Virus record (IMG/VR): IMGVR_UViG_3300005683_000019 | Coordinates: 65,622-129,621 of that record | Direction: 5' to 3' (one strand) | Length of the DNA stretch: 64,000 nucleotides | From: a virus | Shown: in pieces, positions 24,793-33,861 of the stretch | Layout of the letters: every line of letters begins with the position of its first letter | Numbering within the stretch: position 1 is the first letter of the stretch | Notes under the pieces: generated by a model | Database searches by the model: none | Seen by the model: the letters and a program-made list of their open reading frames with translations, nothing else | Told to the model about the DNA's origin: nothing | Translations under genes and position numbers: made by a program

Positions 24793-25566
24793 TTATGTTA
24801 ATTTCTTCTGAGATGACTCGTATATATCAAATATTTTTTGCACGTTCTTTCTGTCGCGTGTAAACACGTTAACTGCGCCAGATTTTTTGTGAACTTTGGT
24901 ATAATGTATGCCAAGTCTGTCCAATGAAGAAGTATAAAGATTTATGATATCCATCGATTTGTTTGTAAATTGATATGATGGTAGATCTGTTTTCGAGCCA
25001 TCTTCTTTTATTCTATTACTGGCATTGAAGAGACATCCATCGGTATCAATCAATCCTTTAATAAAGCAATCTGTATGTTCTTCCACTAATTCAGTCTGCC
25101 AATCTGTTAACAGTATATTCCTATCATGCTTTTTCCCTTGACCATGTTGTGGAAAGTATTGATCTAAAGATTTATTGTATACTGTTATTGTATACATGTT
25201 ATATGACGGATGTTTGATACTATTGACTTTATTTTGGTTGAACAATATATTCAGCGAACGTATTTGGTCATCAATGATTGAAGGATGAGCAGAACCGCTG
25301 AATATTTCGAGTTTCTTTGTGCGTGGAAACTGACTAATACAACCATCACCCAAATAACAACCAAGAATATAAACGTAATGGGGTGCGCAGTTTTTACATA
25401 TGTTTATGATATCTTCTTTAGTTGTTGATATTGTTCTTGTGCCAGTTGTAAAATTATTCTGCTTCCAATAAAAGACTGTTGATTCCCCAACGCCAAGTTC
25501 TTTTGCAATTTGACGCAGTGACGCGCCATCTGATATTCTATTTTTTGTGTACTCAAATCTATCCAT
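24793..25566 (-). CDS. HTH plus double-motif LAGLIDADG homing endonuclease
   Basis: LRQIAKELGV; LGCYLGDGC and IKGLIDTDGC. Confidence 0.8.
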   Translation of the reverse strand: MDRFEYTKNRISDGASLRQIAKELGVGESTVFYWKQNNFTTGTRTISTTKEDIINICKNCAPHYVYILGCYLGDGCISQFPRTKKLEIFSGSAHPSIIDDQIRSLNILFNQNKVNSIKHPSYNMYTITVYNKSLDQYFPQHGQGKKHDRNILLTDWQTELVEEHTDCFIKGLIDTDGCLFNASNRIKEDGSKTDLPSYQFTNKSMDIINLYTSSLDRLGIHYTKVHKKSGAVNVFTRDRKNVQKIFDIYESSQKKLT

Positions 25567-25616
25567 AAATACTCCCGTTTTGAAGTATTTATTCGGTTGT
25601 TCGAAATGGTATATAA

Positions 25617-25704
25617 TGGTGGGGTTGGCGGGACTCGGACCCGCACGCCCTTTCAGGCAATTGATTTTGAATCAATGGCGTCTACCAAATTCCGCCACAA
25701 CCCC
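25617..25704 (-). tRNA. tRNA-Leu(CAA)
   Basis: ATTGA-TTCAAAA-TCAAT, variable arm, T-loop TCCGAGT, CCA. Confidence 0.9.
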
Positions 25705-25745
25705 GGTTTATTTTCTTATTTATAACTTTACACATGTTCAATATA

Positions 25746-25821
25746 TGGTGGGTCGAGCGGGGTTCGAACCCGCGACTTGCGACTTAAAAGGACGCTACTC
25801 TACCTGCTGAGTTACCGACCC
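25746..25821 (-). tRNA. tRNA-Lys(TTT), canonical
   Basis: Cloverleaf, CT-TTT-AA, CCA. Confidence 0.9.
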
Positions 25822-25970
25822 ATAAATTTTGGAGAGATTCATTTTTCGACAGAGTACATCATATCTCTCGGAAAGTACCGCTCTGCCGCCATAAGACACT
25901 CTCAACAAAGTTATCTTATGCTTACCGTCTTGTGATGCACAAGGAATGCATGTTGAAACGGTATTATCAT

Positions 25971-26093
25971 TTATACTTTAGTGTTACACTCTACAACCTT
26001 GAATGTCTTGCCAGAGATGATATCAGAAGGACTCTGAACCACAACTGTCTCATTTGTTTCTGTATACACAATTTTCAAAGGAAAGTAAGACAT
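25971..26093 (-). CDS. 40-aa hypothetical protein
   Basis: AGAGG RBS; MSYFPLKIVYTETNETVVVQSP... Confidence 0.5.
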   Translation of the reverse strand: MSYFPLKIVYTETNETVVVQSPSDIISGKTFKVVECNTKV

Positions 26094-26109
26094 GTATAAC
26101 CTCTATTTA

Positions 26110-26185
26110 GTGTCAGTGTCCGTCTTGGATTCGAACCAAGATTATCCCCCTCAAAATGGGGATAGATTACTTATCGTACCGGGCT
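26110..26185 (-). pseudogene. Degenerate tRNA, probably Gln
   Basis: Intact T-arm CTTGG-TTCGAAT-CCAAG, anticodon hairpin with TTTTGA, mismatched acceptor, no D-stem or CCA. Confidence 0.45.
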
Positions 26186-26191
26186 AATTAT

Positions 26192-26848
26192 TTATGCAAT
26201 TTTCTTAACTGGAGTTCCAACGTATGTTCCAGCTTCAGTTATGCTCTTCACAACTCCCGCATTTAATCCTATCACAGCATCATCGCAAATGTCAATCTTC
26301 TCTTTGATGCTGGCATTTGTTCCAATGTAAACTCTCTTGCCGATGTTACAATTTCCAGAAATCTTCGCACCGGGTGCCGTTGTCACAAAGTCTCCGAGAA
26401 CTGTATCATGCCCTACCGTGGTTTGCAAGTTCAAATGAACGTGGTTACCAATACTTACATTCGTTGTAACAATTGTCCCAGGACAGATGATTGACCCTCG
26501 GCCCACTTGAGGGTGAAATCCTGAATAGAATTCATCTGTAGCGATCAGTGTTACATAATTAAACTCTGGATGCGCTTCAACAATTTTTTGTCTTGCCTTT
26601 GGATCACCGATAGCGACCACTACATCTTCAACCTTTGGATTCAATTCACTGAGTGGTTTAATTGTAACTGTTCTAAAATGGGATTTACCGAGAAGAGGAA
26701 TAGTTTTTTGTGAAGAATAAAACTCATCACTAACATACGCGTTAACATGTGCGTAGCCGATCAAGTATGACAAAACTTCTCTTGCGAATCCACCTGCGCC
26801 GATAACTGAAACAGACGGCTTGATTCCTCTTGCGTATAGAATTTTCAA
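26192..26848 (-). CDS. Sugar O/N-acetyltransferase, NeuD/PglD family
   Basis: IGAGGFARE, VAIGDP, HD catalytic site, hexapeptide repeats, GTPVK. Confidence 0.9.
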   Translation of the reverse strand: MKILYARGIKPSVSVIGAGGFAREVLSYLIGYAHVNAYVSDEFYSSQKTIPLLGKSHFRTVTIKPLSELNPKVEDVVVAIGDPKARQKIVEAHPEFNYVTLIATDEFYSGFHPQVGRGSIICPGTIVTTNVSIGNHVHLNLQTTVGHDTVLGDFVTTAPGAKISGNCNIGKRVYIGTNASIKEKIDICDDAVIGLNAGVVKSITEAGTYVGTPVKKIA

Positions 26849-26849
26849 A

Positions 26850-27068
26850 TCATCTTACTCCAATTTCCGGCAACTTCTCAAGTACGAAATTCACGCCACT
26901 AACTTCGTAAGTTGGATAACGATCATAATCGTCTTCCTTACTGGCGAGGGTGAAATCAAGTCGCTTAACCTTATATCCCTTTGGAACATTAGCTAATACG
27001 TAATCTGAGACTACTTTCGTAAGCTCGACCTTGCTTAAAGTTCCAGTGATTTCCCAATTCACGTTCAT
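26850..27068 (-). CDS. Hypothetical protein
   Basis: Coupled ORF. Confidence 0.6.
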   Translation of the reverse strand: MNVNWEITGTLSKVELTKVVSDYVLANVPKGYKVKRLDFTLASKEDDYDRYPTYEVSGVNFVLEKLPEIGVR

Positions 27069-27069
27069 T

Positions 27070-27342
27070 TTACACCTCTCGATACACTTGCACCCATACA
27101 GGGGGGAGTCCAACAGACAGATTTACGGTAATATCAAATCCATTGTCGCCATAAATGTCGTCGCGGGTCAACCGATAACCATAACGGCTAACACTGGTAG
27201 AACCACTTTCAACCGCTCTTCGCATATCATTCTCAATTTCATTACGAAGCTCATCTGGTGTCAGACGTTCTGCTGATGGATTCGCATTGCGTAGAAATTC
27301 TATAGCCAAATCCATATCGTTTCGATCATAATTAATTTCCAT
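27070..27342 (-). CDS. Hypothetical protein
   Basis: AAGGA RBS. Confidence 0.65.
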   Translation of the reverse strand: MEINYDRNDMDLAIEFLRNANPSAERLTPDELRNEIENDMRRAVESGSTSVSRYGYRLTRDDIYGDNGFDITVNLSVGLPPVWVQVYREV

Positions 27343-27366
27343 ACTTTTTCCTTTTAGTTTTATACG

Positions 27367-27549
27367 TTACTTACAAGTCCAAACCGTGCCGTCTGGATGA
27401 TACTTCACCGTGGCACCGGATGCAAACTGCAAGTATGTGACACCGTCAACACATTGTTCTGAATAGCCGGTCCAATTAGCTTCAATGCGACCGACTTGAC
27501 CGCAGCCAGTTAGCATAATAGCCATTACAACAAAAATGATCTTCTTCAT
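27367..27549 (-). CDS. Small lipoprotein
   Basis: Lipobox LTGC. Confidence 0.7.
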   Translation of the reverse strand: MKKIIFVVMAIMLTGCGQVGRIEANWTGYSEQCVDGVTYLQFASGATVKYHPDGTVWTCK

Positions 27550-27956
27550 GAGAGTGCCTTAGTTTGTTCTTTATTATGTTGAATCGATGAAATCTTTCGA
27601 TTATCATATGGTAGTTCAGTCAACGTCATCTTTAGTAGATAACGCTTAGAATCAACACGACTCATCATTTTATCGCTTAGGTAATATCCGATACAATTTG
27701 CGGTCAATGCGTAATTCTCTGGATCTGACAGTTTCAAACCATAAACAACCTTTTCAATTTCAATGACTTCAGGTTCTTTTGGCTTAACACGGTAACATTC
27801 CGGACTATGCGACAGATCAGTATATACTAAATTAAGCCATTGACCTTTGAGCGTGTCATATAATTGGATTGTTTTCCCCTCCTTGATCGCATCAATGATG
27901 TGCGCGTGTGTTACAAGCGCCGATGATGGAATATACTCTGATAATTCTGTTGGCAT
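27546..27956 (-). CDS. Hypothetical protein
   Basis: 136-aa ORF. Confidence 0.6.
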   Translation of the reverse strand: MPTELSEYIPSSALVTHAHIIDAIKEGKTIQLYDTLKGQWLNLVYTDLSHSPECYRVKPKEPEVIEIEKVVYGLKLSDPENYALTANCIGYYLSDKMMSRVDSKRYLLKMTLTELPYDNRKISSIQHNKEQTKALS

Positions 27957-27960
27957 TATG

Positions 27961-28728
27961 TTAGTTCCAATTCAATTTTAAGCAATTCTGACAAATTACA
28001 ACACTGTCTTTTAAAGCGTCTGAATATTCTTTGTCAAAGTGTATAGTATTCTTTCTCTTAACACCTTCGGGTAATATAATACACAAAGAACCTTTGTATG
28101 TATTGTACCCACAATTTTCACAACAATCTTTTCCAGTCGCTTCAAGATGTAATTGTTTTGACAAATTCCAGCGTTCTGAATTATCTTTAATTTTGTTAGT
28201 GTACCCGGATTCTTCTACGATTTCGTGATGAATCTCATGGTGACAATTGTGGCATACTAAGATGCACTTGTCTAGTTCTGGCTTTATTGTTAAAAACGAA
28301 GCACTTCGATACTCTGAAATATTGAAATCTTTCTCTTTTGGGTCTAAATGGTGAAACGCGTATTGCGCGAGTTCAAATTTACCATGACATCTAGAACATT
28401 TCCCACCCATATAGTTGACACAGGTTTCTTTCAATAAATCTTCTGCTTGCATCGAATGCTTTATCAGGCACGGCTTACAAGTTGGATTATATCCATCTCT
28501 ATCTTTTCTTTTATAAAACTCTTCAATAGGCTTTTCCGCATTGCACATCCGGCAAACTTTCTTTCCGTTGACAATTGGATTCAATTCCCTGCCACCGCCT
28601 CTTCCTGAAGTTTTTAGATTATGTGTCTTTAGTATTGTCTTTATTTTAGCCGGCGTACTATTGAAATGCTTTGCTAATTCGTTTATTGACTTACCATCGG
28701 CGACTAATTTTTTCAGTTCTTCTAACAT
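27961..28728 (-). CDS. HNH homing endonuclease
   Basis: CRMC...CKPC; CSRC...FHHLDP...CILVCHNCHHEIH. Confidence 0.85.
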   Translation of the reverse strand: MLEELKKLVADGKSINELAKHFNSTPAKIKTILKTHNLKTSGRGGGRELNPIVNGKKVCRMCNAEKPIEEFYKRKDRDGYNPTCKPCLIKHSMQAEDLLKETCVNYMGGKCSRCHGKFELAQYAFHHLDPKEKDFNISEYRSASFLTIKPELDKCILVCHNCHHEIHHEIVEESGYTNKIKDNSERWNLSKQLHLEATGKDCCENCGYNTYKGSLCIILPEGVKRKNTIHFDKEYSDALKDSVVICQNCLKLNWN

Positions 28729-28792
28729 TTACTTTCTCCTAGTATGTTATTTCTATTTATAGGAGAAACAAAAAAGTGTAAAAGTGTTGATT

Positions 28793-28868
28793 TGGTGGGC
28801 ACAACTGGATTCGAACCAGTGACCGGACGATTATGAGTCGTCTGCTCTACCGACTGAGCTATATGCCC
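28793..28868 (-). tRNA. tRNA-Ile2(CAT), lysidine type
   Basis: AGAGCAGACGACTCATAATCGTCCGGTC closely resembles bacterial Ile2; G1-C72, A73. Confidence 0.75.
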
Positions 28869-28946
28869 GTCCACTTCAATCTTCACTACATGAATCGTAC
28901 TCTACACACTTCCAAAACCGTTTGCAAGCACTTCTTTTCTCATCGA

Positions 28947-29237
28947 CTAATACTTAATCGTACCACGAAAATCCCATGTTGTTACACCCTTTTCTTTTGA
29001 CTGTAAGACATATACAGTCTTCGCTTTATATCGACCTTCGGTTATATCCTTATCCGTCACACGCTCATTCATTTCCCATTCACACGCATTTTTATAGTGG
29101 CGTTTGATATTAGCGATACGCTCTTCTGGTAACTGATATTGCCAGTCTTGCCTAGCAACACATTCGTTAATCCGAATCATTTCTAGGTGATAATTAAATT
29201 CATGGCGGCAATACGATTTTTGTAGGTATGTTTCCAA
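28947..29237 (-). CDS. Hypothetical protein
   Basis: TTG-start ORF. Confidence 0.5.
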   Translation of the reverse strand: METYLQKSYCRHEFNYHLEMIRINECVARQDWQYQLPEERIANIKRHYKNACEWEMNERVTDKDITEGRYKAKTVYVLQSKEKGVTTWDFRGTIKY

Positions 29238-29277
29238 TCCAACTTATCTATAATAATAGCAATTAATTTATCCATGA

Positions 29278-29550
29278 TTACCCCCATTGGTTTGCCATTG
29301 CTTGTGCGATGCCCTCATACGTCCTAGAACGCTCTTTCCAGCGATATTCGCTTGGAGGTAGACGGTTCTGGCCGGAATCAGTCTGATTGCCCCAGCGAGG
29401 CTTTCCGTCGATCATACGGGCACCTACCATTTGTGTTGGTACTAAAGGTACAAGGTTCTTGAGCCATAAGCAAGTCTGTTTGCTGGCGTCATGTCCAAAT
29501 TGATACGGTTGAATCTTTTGATCGAATTTACGAATCCTTGTAGAAATACA
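29278..29550 (-). pseudogene. C-terminal remnant of a widespread phage DNA-methylase-like protein
   Basis: CISTRIRK..QPYQFGHDASK.TCLWLK...RSRTYEGIAQAMANQWG; no in-frame ATG upstream. Confidence 0.7.
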
Positions 29551-29686
29551 TTGGATGCCAGTGAGGCTCGTACCATTCAGGATCGTCCTTGTTAGCAGGA
29601 CACTCCATCCAATAGTATAGATTTTGATTGTCTCTCGCGTCTAGCACTCCGAGCAATGTAAACACTGGCCATATTTGTCTGTCCAT
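29528..29686 (-). CDS. 52-aa hypothetical protein
   Basis: Hand translation, GGAG RBS. Confidence 0.45.
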   Translation of the reverse strand: MDRQIWPVFTLLGVLDARDNQNLYYWMECPANKDDPEWYEPHWHPMYFYKDS

Positions 29687-29862
29687 TACCTATCTCCAGC
29701 GATGTACCTATTAAAGTATTCCAGACTTTCTTCGTCTTGTCCAGACCAATCGTCATCGCTTTCGTAACAATCATCTAACTGCTTGATTTGATTCATGAAT
29801 TCAATGGAATCGGGATGATCATGTGGCAGATGTTCGATATCAGCGTAGGTGAGCTTTTTCAT
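29686..29862 (-). CDS. 58-aa acidic hypothetical protein
   Basis: Hand translation MKKLTYADIEHL... Confidence 0.5.
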   Translation of the reverse strand: MKKLTYADIEHLPHDHPDSIEFMNQIKQLDDCYESDDDWSGQDEESLEYFNRYIAGDR

Positions 29863-30171
29863 TGGTTAGTTCCGATGAGATAGAAGACGTTCATTGTGTA
29901 CAAGTATACGCCAACTGCCGCCAAAATGGTGGCAGTGGTTACAATTTTACAAAAGAGCTTCACTTGCGCGGCTTCCCGTGACGATTCAATAACTTATGCG
30001 CAATTTCACGTCGTGCATTACTGAGCTTTCGACGCTGCTCCGCGATCTTGAGACAATGTGCAACACTCTTAGGAGTTTCATACTCCGGATACACATCCTT
30101 CAGCTTATCCTTACCGCTATTTTCATTATCCATTTTATTATTCCTTATTCATTTTTAGTTGAGTTAAAAGA

Positions 30172-30417
30172 TTAGGCGCTTGCCTGTTCCATAATTGAAA
30201 GAAGTTCAGATACTACACTATATGCCGCTCCAATGCCATCGTTTGAAATGTCACGATCAATGAAGCCGACACCGCCATCTTTGAATGGAACTAAATTAAT
30301 CCATTCAATTGTCGAGAAAATTGTGGCCTGTTCTTCGGTGCAGGCCACAAACATAACATAATCATCTGAATGTTCAAGACCAAACTTTTCCACATTCGGA
30401 TATAATTCAATAATCAT
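30172..30417 (-). CDS. Hypothetical protein
   Basis: Coupled ORF. Confidence 0.6.
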   Translation of the reverse strand: MIIELYPNVEKFGLEHSDDYVMFVACTEEQATIFSTIEWINLVPFKDGGVGFIDRDISNDGIGAAYSVVSELLSIMEQASA

Positions 30418-30851
30418 TCGAACACCGTAATTGTTTTTTGCTGTGGGTGGACTTCACGAAAATTTAGATAGTGTTTAGTGTCGCCCCAAGGATTCCACGG
30501 ATAGATACTACCATAGGAGTTAGTGTAAGCATCAAAAGAAATGTAAAAATCGAGGAAAGAAATCACAATACTAGCGGTGCCATTGCTACCCTGTGAAATA
30601 TAGCCATTTTTGGCTGCCGCAAGAATTGGATTTTCATTTTTTAAGACGTGAATGTTAAAATGTTTTCGAAAATCGACCAGTAGATCATTCATATCCGGGT
30701 CAAGTAATCCAATGATAATACTAGAAACATAATGTTCTTGATCATCTGAATAATCATCTAACGAATAATCATCGGCCAGTAGTTCACGAATATCTTCGTG
30801 TTCCGTTAGATATTCTTTAATCACGTTAATAAACTTTTCCACGTTATTCAT
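30414..30851 (-). CDS. Hypothetical protein
   Basis: Ends REVHPQQKTITVFE. Confidence 0.65.
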   Translation of the reverse strand: MNNVEKFINVIKEYLTEHEDIRELLADDYSLDDYSDDQEHYVSSIIIGLLDPDMNDLLVDFRKHFNIHVLKNENPILAAAKNGYISQGSNGTASIVISFLDFYISFDAYTNSYGSIYPWNPWGDTKHYLNFREVHPQQKTITVFE

Positions 30852-31092
30852 TTGTGCTATCCTTTAATTTATTAATTGCACGTTGAACACATGCATCGAT
30901 ATATTGTTCTAATACTTGCTCTGCGGATGTCCTTGCCCTATCAACCGCATCAATATAGTCAGAACCGTGCCAATCCCATGAATACCCGTTATATTTCTCG
31001 CGGGCCGCATCATGTATACTCTGCGCATTAGCATAGTCTGCCATGGCAGACATAACAGCGTCAATTGATAAAATTTGTGATCCCATTGTCAT
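30844..31092 (-). CDS. Hypothetical protein
   Basis: Coupled ORF. Confidence 0.6.
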   Translation of the reverse strand: MTMGSQILSIDAVMSAMADYANAQSIHDAAREKYNGYSWDWHGSDYIDAVDRARTSAEQVLEQYIDACVQRAINKLKDSTNE

Positions 31093-32198
31093 TCATCCTC
31101 ATTATGAATTTCGTTAATACCAAACGCTCGATAGTTTTTCATCATCCATTCCTTCAAACCAATATCCTTTCCGAGATATAAATTCATTCCAAGAGAGAAC
31201 ATATCTCCTAGTTCCTTCTGACCCTTGATCGCAAAATCCTTACGAATCAATGACTTATTGTCGTCATAGAACTTCTGAAGGAGCGCAGAACGATGATTAT
31301 ACTCTCGACGAACCAGAGCTTCCATGCTTGAAATTTGACTGAGTGCCAATTCGTCGTCATGGAACATTGAACGAAGGTCGTCAGAAGTCTCAAACAAACA
31401 TGCTTGAAATAGCGCCTTAGGATTGTTCACACTATCTTTCATACGATGAGCGATACAATATGAAGTTGTCTTGACTTTGCAGACACGACCATCTCGAAAC
31501 ACTACCACGAATCCTTCAATACCAGTCATCTCAAGGATTTCTTCATAAGTTCGACGAACGGTATCATACGCCACTACATACTCTTGTAGACGAATTTCAC
31601 ACTCGTCAGGATAATAAGTTTGACCATTACGATTGTCGCGAATATTCAGAATGCACAGTGAATGTTCTTTATACCCAATAACAATACGATTGGACGGCCC
31701 GGTCCACTCAAAATTTACAGTGTAACCAGCGTATACATTATTTCGAATGAGTGTCAGGAAGCGTTCATTTTCAGGACGCAAAATCCAGTTATACGCGTCG
31801 ATGGCCTGTTGGGAAGTGAATGAAGTCTTAGACTTGAAACGAAAACCATGCGGCATCGTATGGTCTTTGACTGTCGAAATCAAAGATCCATCTACCTTAT
31901 CCATATAAAGAACCGCTTGTGAAAAATCCAAGTCCATGACCATCGGGTTTTCATACGCGTTGAAAAACTTGGCTGGCGGCATCGAAACCAACTCAGTTGG
32001 AATGTAACCATTCATCAAAAATGTATGACCGCGACATTCCAGTGCATTTGGCTTACAGAAATCAGTGTATGACGCTAGACGATAAGTGAACACGCGGAAC
32101 ACCTTACCATCTACATTTTGATCGACATAATAAAAAGCCTCTGACTGATTGCAGAGGTTCATGAGATCGTTGTACAAATTTTGCTGGAAGGTATTCAT
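31089..32198 (-). CDS. rnlA: RNA ligase 1 (T4 RnlA-like)
   Basis: ECRG, PPAKFFN, motif I KVDGSL, FEW, EGFVV, KVKT..Y. Confidence 0.9.
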   Translation of the reverse strand: MNTFQQNLYNDLMNLCNQSEAFYYVDQNVDGKVFRVFTYRLASYTDFCKPNALECRGHTFLMNGYIPTELVSMPPAKFFNAYENPMVMDLDFSQAVLYMDKVDGSLISTVKDHTMPHGFRFKSKTSFTSQQAIDAYNWILRPENERFLTLIRNNVYAGYTVNFEWTGPSNRIVIGYKEHSLCILNIRDNRNGQTYYPDECEIRLQEYVVAYDTVRRTYEEILEMTGIEGFVVVFRDGRVCKVKTTSYCIAHRMKDSVNNPKALFQACLFETSDDLRSMFHDDELALSQISSMEALVRREYNHRSALLQKFYDDNKSLIRKDFAIKGQKELGDMFSLGMNLYLGKDIGLKEWMMKNYRAFGINEIHNEDE

Positions 32199-32211
32199 TT
32201 CTATAGTGAAA

Positions 32212-32243
32212 CTGCCGTAGGTGTTATGTATCCTACGGCAGTC
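32212..32243 (-). terminator. Hairpin upstream of rnlA
   Basis: ACTGCCGTAGG-10nt-CCTACGGCAGT. Confidence 0.6.
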
Positions 32244-32277
32244 TTTATCCTATGTCAAGGCTAGAATTGTAAATTTC

Positions 32278-32832
32278 TTAGTCGTAGATCACAACTTCTA
32301 CGGTCTTCGGGGTGACTTCACGCATGCTAGATAGAAAACACTCCCAATAATAACCGTCATATGATGAATATGAATAGGTACACTTGAAATACTTATTATC
32401 GAGCATGAAGATAACTTCACAATCCCCTGTACCGCCCTCGCCTCCACCCTCTTGTTGGATGCATGACGTCGGAGCAAGCGGAGCGCCACGGGCACGCGCT
32501 GCATGACTACGAGCAATCCTCCTGGCAGCGTCCACAGAACCGGGGCCAGCCGCGTGGTGCACGATGGCACCATTGTCGAGAAATCGGCCTCCTGCATGTT
32601 GGCAATCAAGCCGTTTAGAAATGTCCTCCATGGTCCGGCACCCCCATAGGCGGACCACCTCTACGCCACCAGATAGCCCGAGGTCAGCATGGCCGCACCT
32701 TGCGTCACAGGTTGCGCAGCTTTCGTGACGCTCCCCGTTCTTTGAAAGCACGCCAGCGCCTTGCTGCACACACCGGCCGTTCAGCGCGCGCACAAGCGCC
32801 TGCTGAATCGCAATAGCCGGGACGCCGCTCAT
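32278..32832 (-). CDS. Chimeric ORF: GC-rich N-terminus fused to native AT-rich C-terminus
   Basis: Sharp composition switch near 32425; C-terminus ends REVTPKTVEVVIYD. Confidence 0.4.
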   Translation of the reverse strand: MSGVPAIAIQQALVRALNGRCVQQGAGVLSKNGERHESCATCDARCGHADLGLSGGVEVVRLWGCRTMEDISKRLDCQHAGGRFLDNGAIVHHAAGPGSVDAARRIARSHAARARGAPLAPTSCIQQEGGGEGGTGDCEVIFMLDNKYFKCTYSYSSYDGYYWECFLSSMREVTPKTVEVVIYD

Positions 32833-33059
32833 GCGGCGGCCCGCCGCATGTATTGGAGTGCGTAGCCCTTGCTGGAAAGATTAATGTTGGCTTCCATGTA
32901 TGCCAGGTCATTGATTGCCTGGTGGTCACGCCCGAACACAACGAAAGATCCCAGCCACTCGCCGGTGTGTGCCGAAAGTTCAACCAGCGCGCGGCAAACC
33001 GACCGGCCGTTGACGATGGTGTTCGGAAGCATTTCGATGGTGGCGGTGGCGTTGTTCAT
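32829..33059 (-). CDS. Hypothetical protein of GC-rich insert
   Basis: MNNATATIEMLP..., high-GC codon usage. Confidence 0.6.
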   Translation of the reverse strand: MNNATATIEMLPNTIVNGRSVCRALVELSAHTGEWLGSFVVFGRDHQAINDLAYMEANINLSSKGYALQYMRRAAA

Positions 33060-33070
33060 TTTTGTTGGCT

Positions 33071-33128
33071 CCGTGCTGGTGTGGGTGAATCCGTGCTGGT
33101 GTGGGTGAATCATATATCCGGATATATG
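33071..33128. repeat. 20-bp tandem repeat plus 18-bp palindrome
   Basis: CCGTGCTGGTGTGGGTGAAT twice, then CATATATCCGGATATATG. Confidence 0.9.
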
Positions 33129-33255
33129 TCCGCGCAACTACCGTTCGTCTGCTATTTCTAGCCGCTACCATAGTCTAATTTGATGTAAGAGGTCTGGCCT
33201 GTTGCGCGCTAACCATGCTGGCCAATTTTCTGCCAATTCTTCCAACATCAATCTT

Positions 33256-33861
33256 TCACTGAGTTTTATTTAAATATTTATATTTTTTCCGAATAACTGT
33301 TTTAAGACCGGGATTAACGTGGTACAGGTGCTGTACGATATTAGCACGCATGTAGTTGCGCATCAGGGACAAATCCTTGTTGCATTCGTCTTCTACGGGA
33401 TCTAAGTTATTGTTTTTACAGTAGTTTATAAAAGTTTGCTTCTCTGTTGTAAGAAATGGGCGAATAATATTACCGCTTTCAACTGGAATCAGCTTACCTT
33501 CGCCGTGGAGCGAAGACCACACCCACGTCTCTACCGCATCATCTAAATGATGTCCAGTAATAATCTTTTGATCGAAAGAGCGCAAGAACCTGTATCTGGC
33601 CCTACGCCAAACGTCTTCGATTGATCTACCTTTAGGGATATCGCCGCTGAAACTATCAACTACGATTTTCATATGTAGTAAGTCAGCGAGATGGCAACAT
33701 TTATATTCAATCTCTGGAGAATATTCATCCATGTGATTGAAATGGTACAATGTTACGTTTTTCTTGCCCATTTTCAAGAAATGTGCAATCGCTAAAGAAT
33801 CGACCCCGCCACTGAAGGCGAGGCCGATATCATTAGGAATCTTAGTTAGGATTTTGAACAT
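33256..33861 (-). CDS. tilS: tRNA(Ile)-lysidine synthetase-like, catalytic domain only
   Basis: SGGVDS PP-loop, HFNH, RRARY, TGHHLDD.VET, IRPFL, RNYMR. Confidence 0.85.
   Translation of the reverse strand: MFKILTKIPNDIGLAFSGGVDSLAIAHFLKMGKKNVTLYHFNHMDEYSPEIEYKCCHLADLLHMKIVVDSFSGDIPKGRSIEDVWRRARYRFLRSFDQKIITGHHLDDAVETWVWSSLHGEGKLIPVESGNIIRPFLTTEKQTFINYCKNNNLDPVEDECNKDLSLMRNYMRANIVQHLYHVNPGLKTVIRKKYKYLNKTQ

Larger units (their letters stand above)
32425..33230. mobile_element. GC-rich horizontally acquired segment
   Basis: Hand count 39/60 GC at 32461-32520 versus 18/60 at 32341-32400. Confidence 0.65.
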
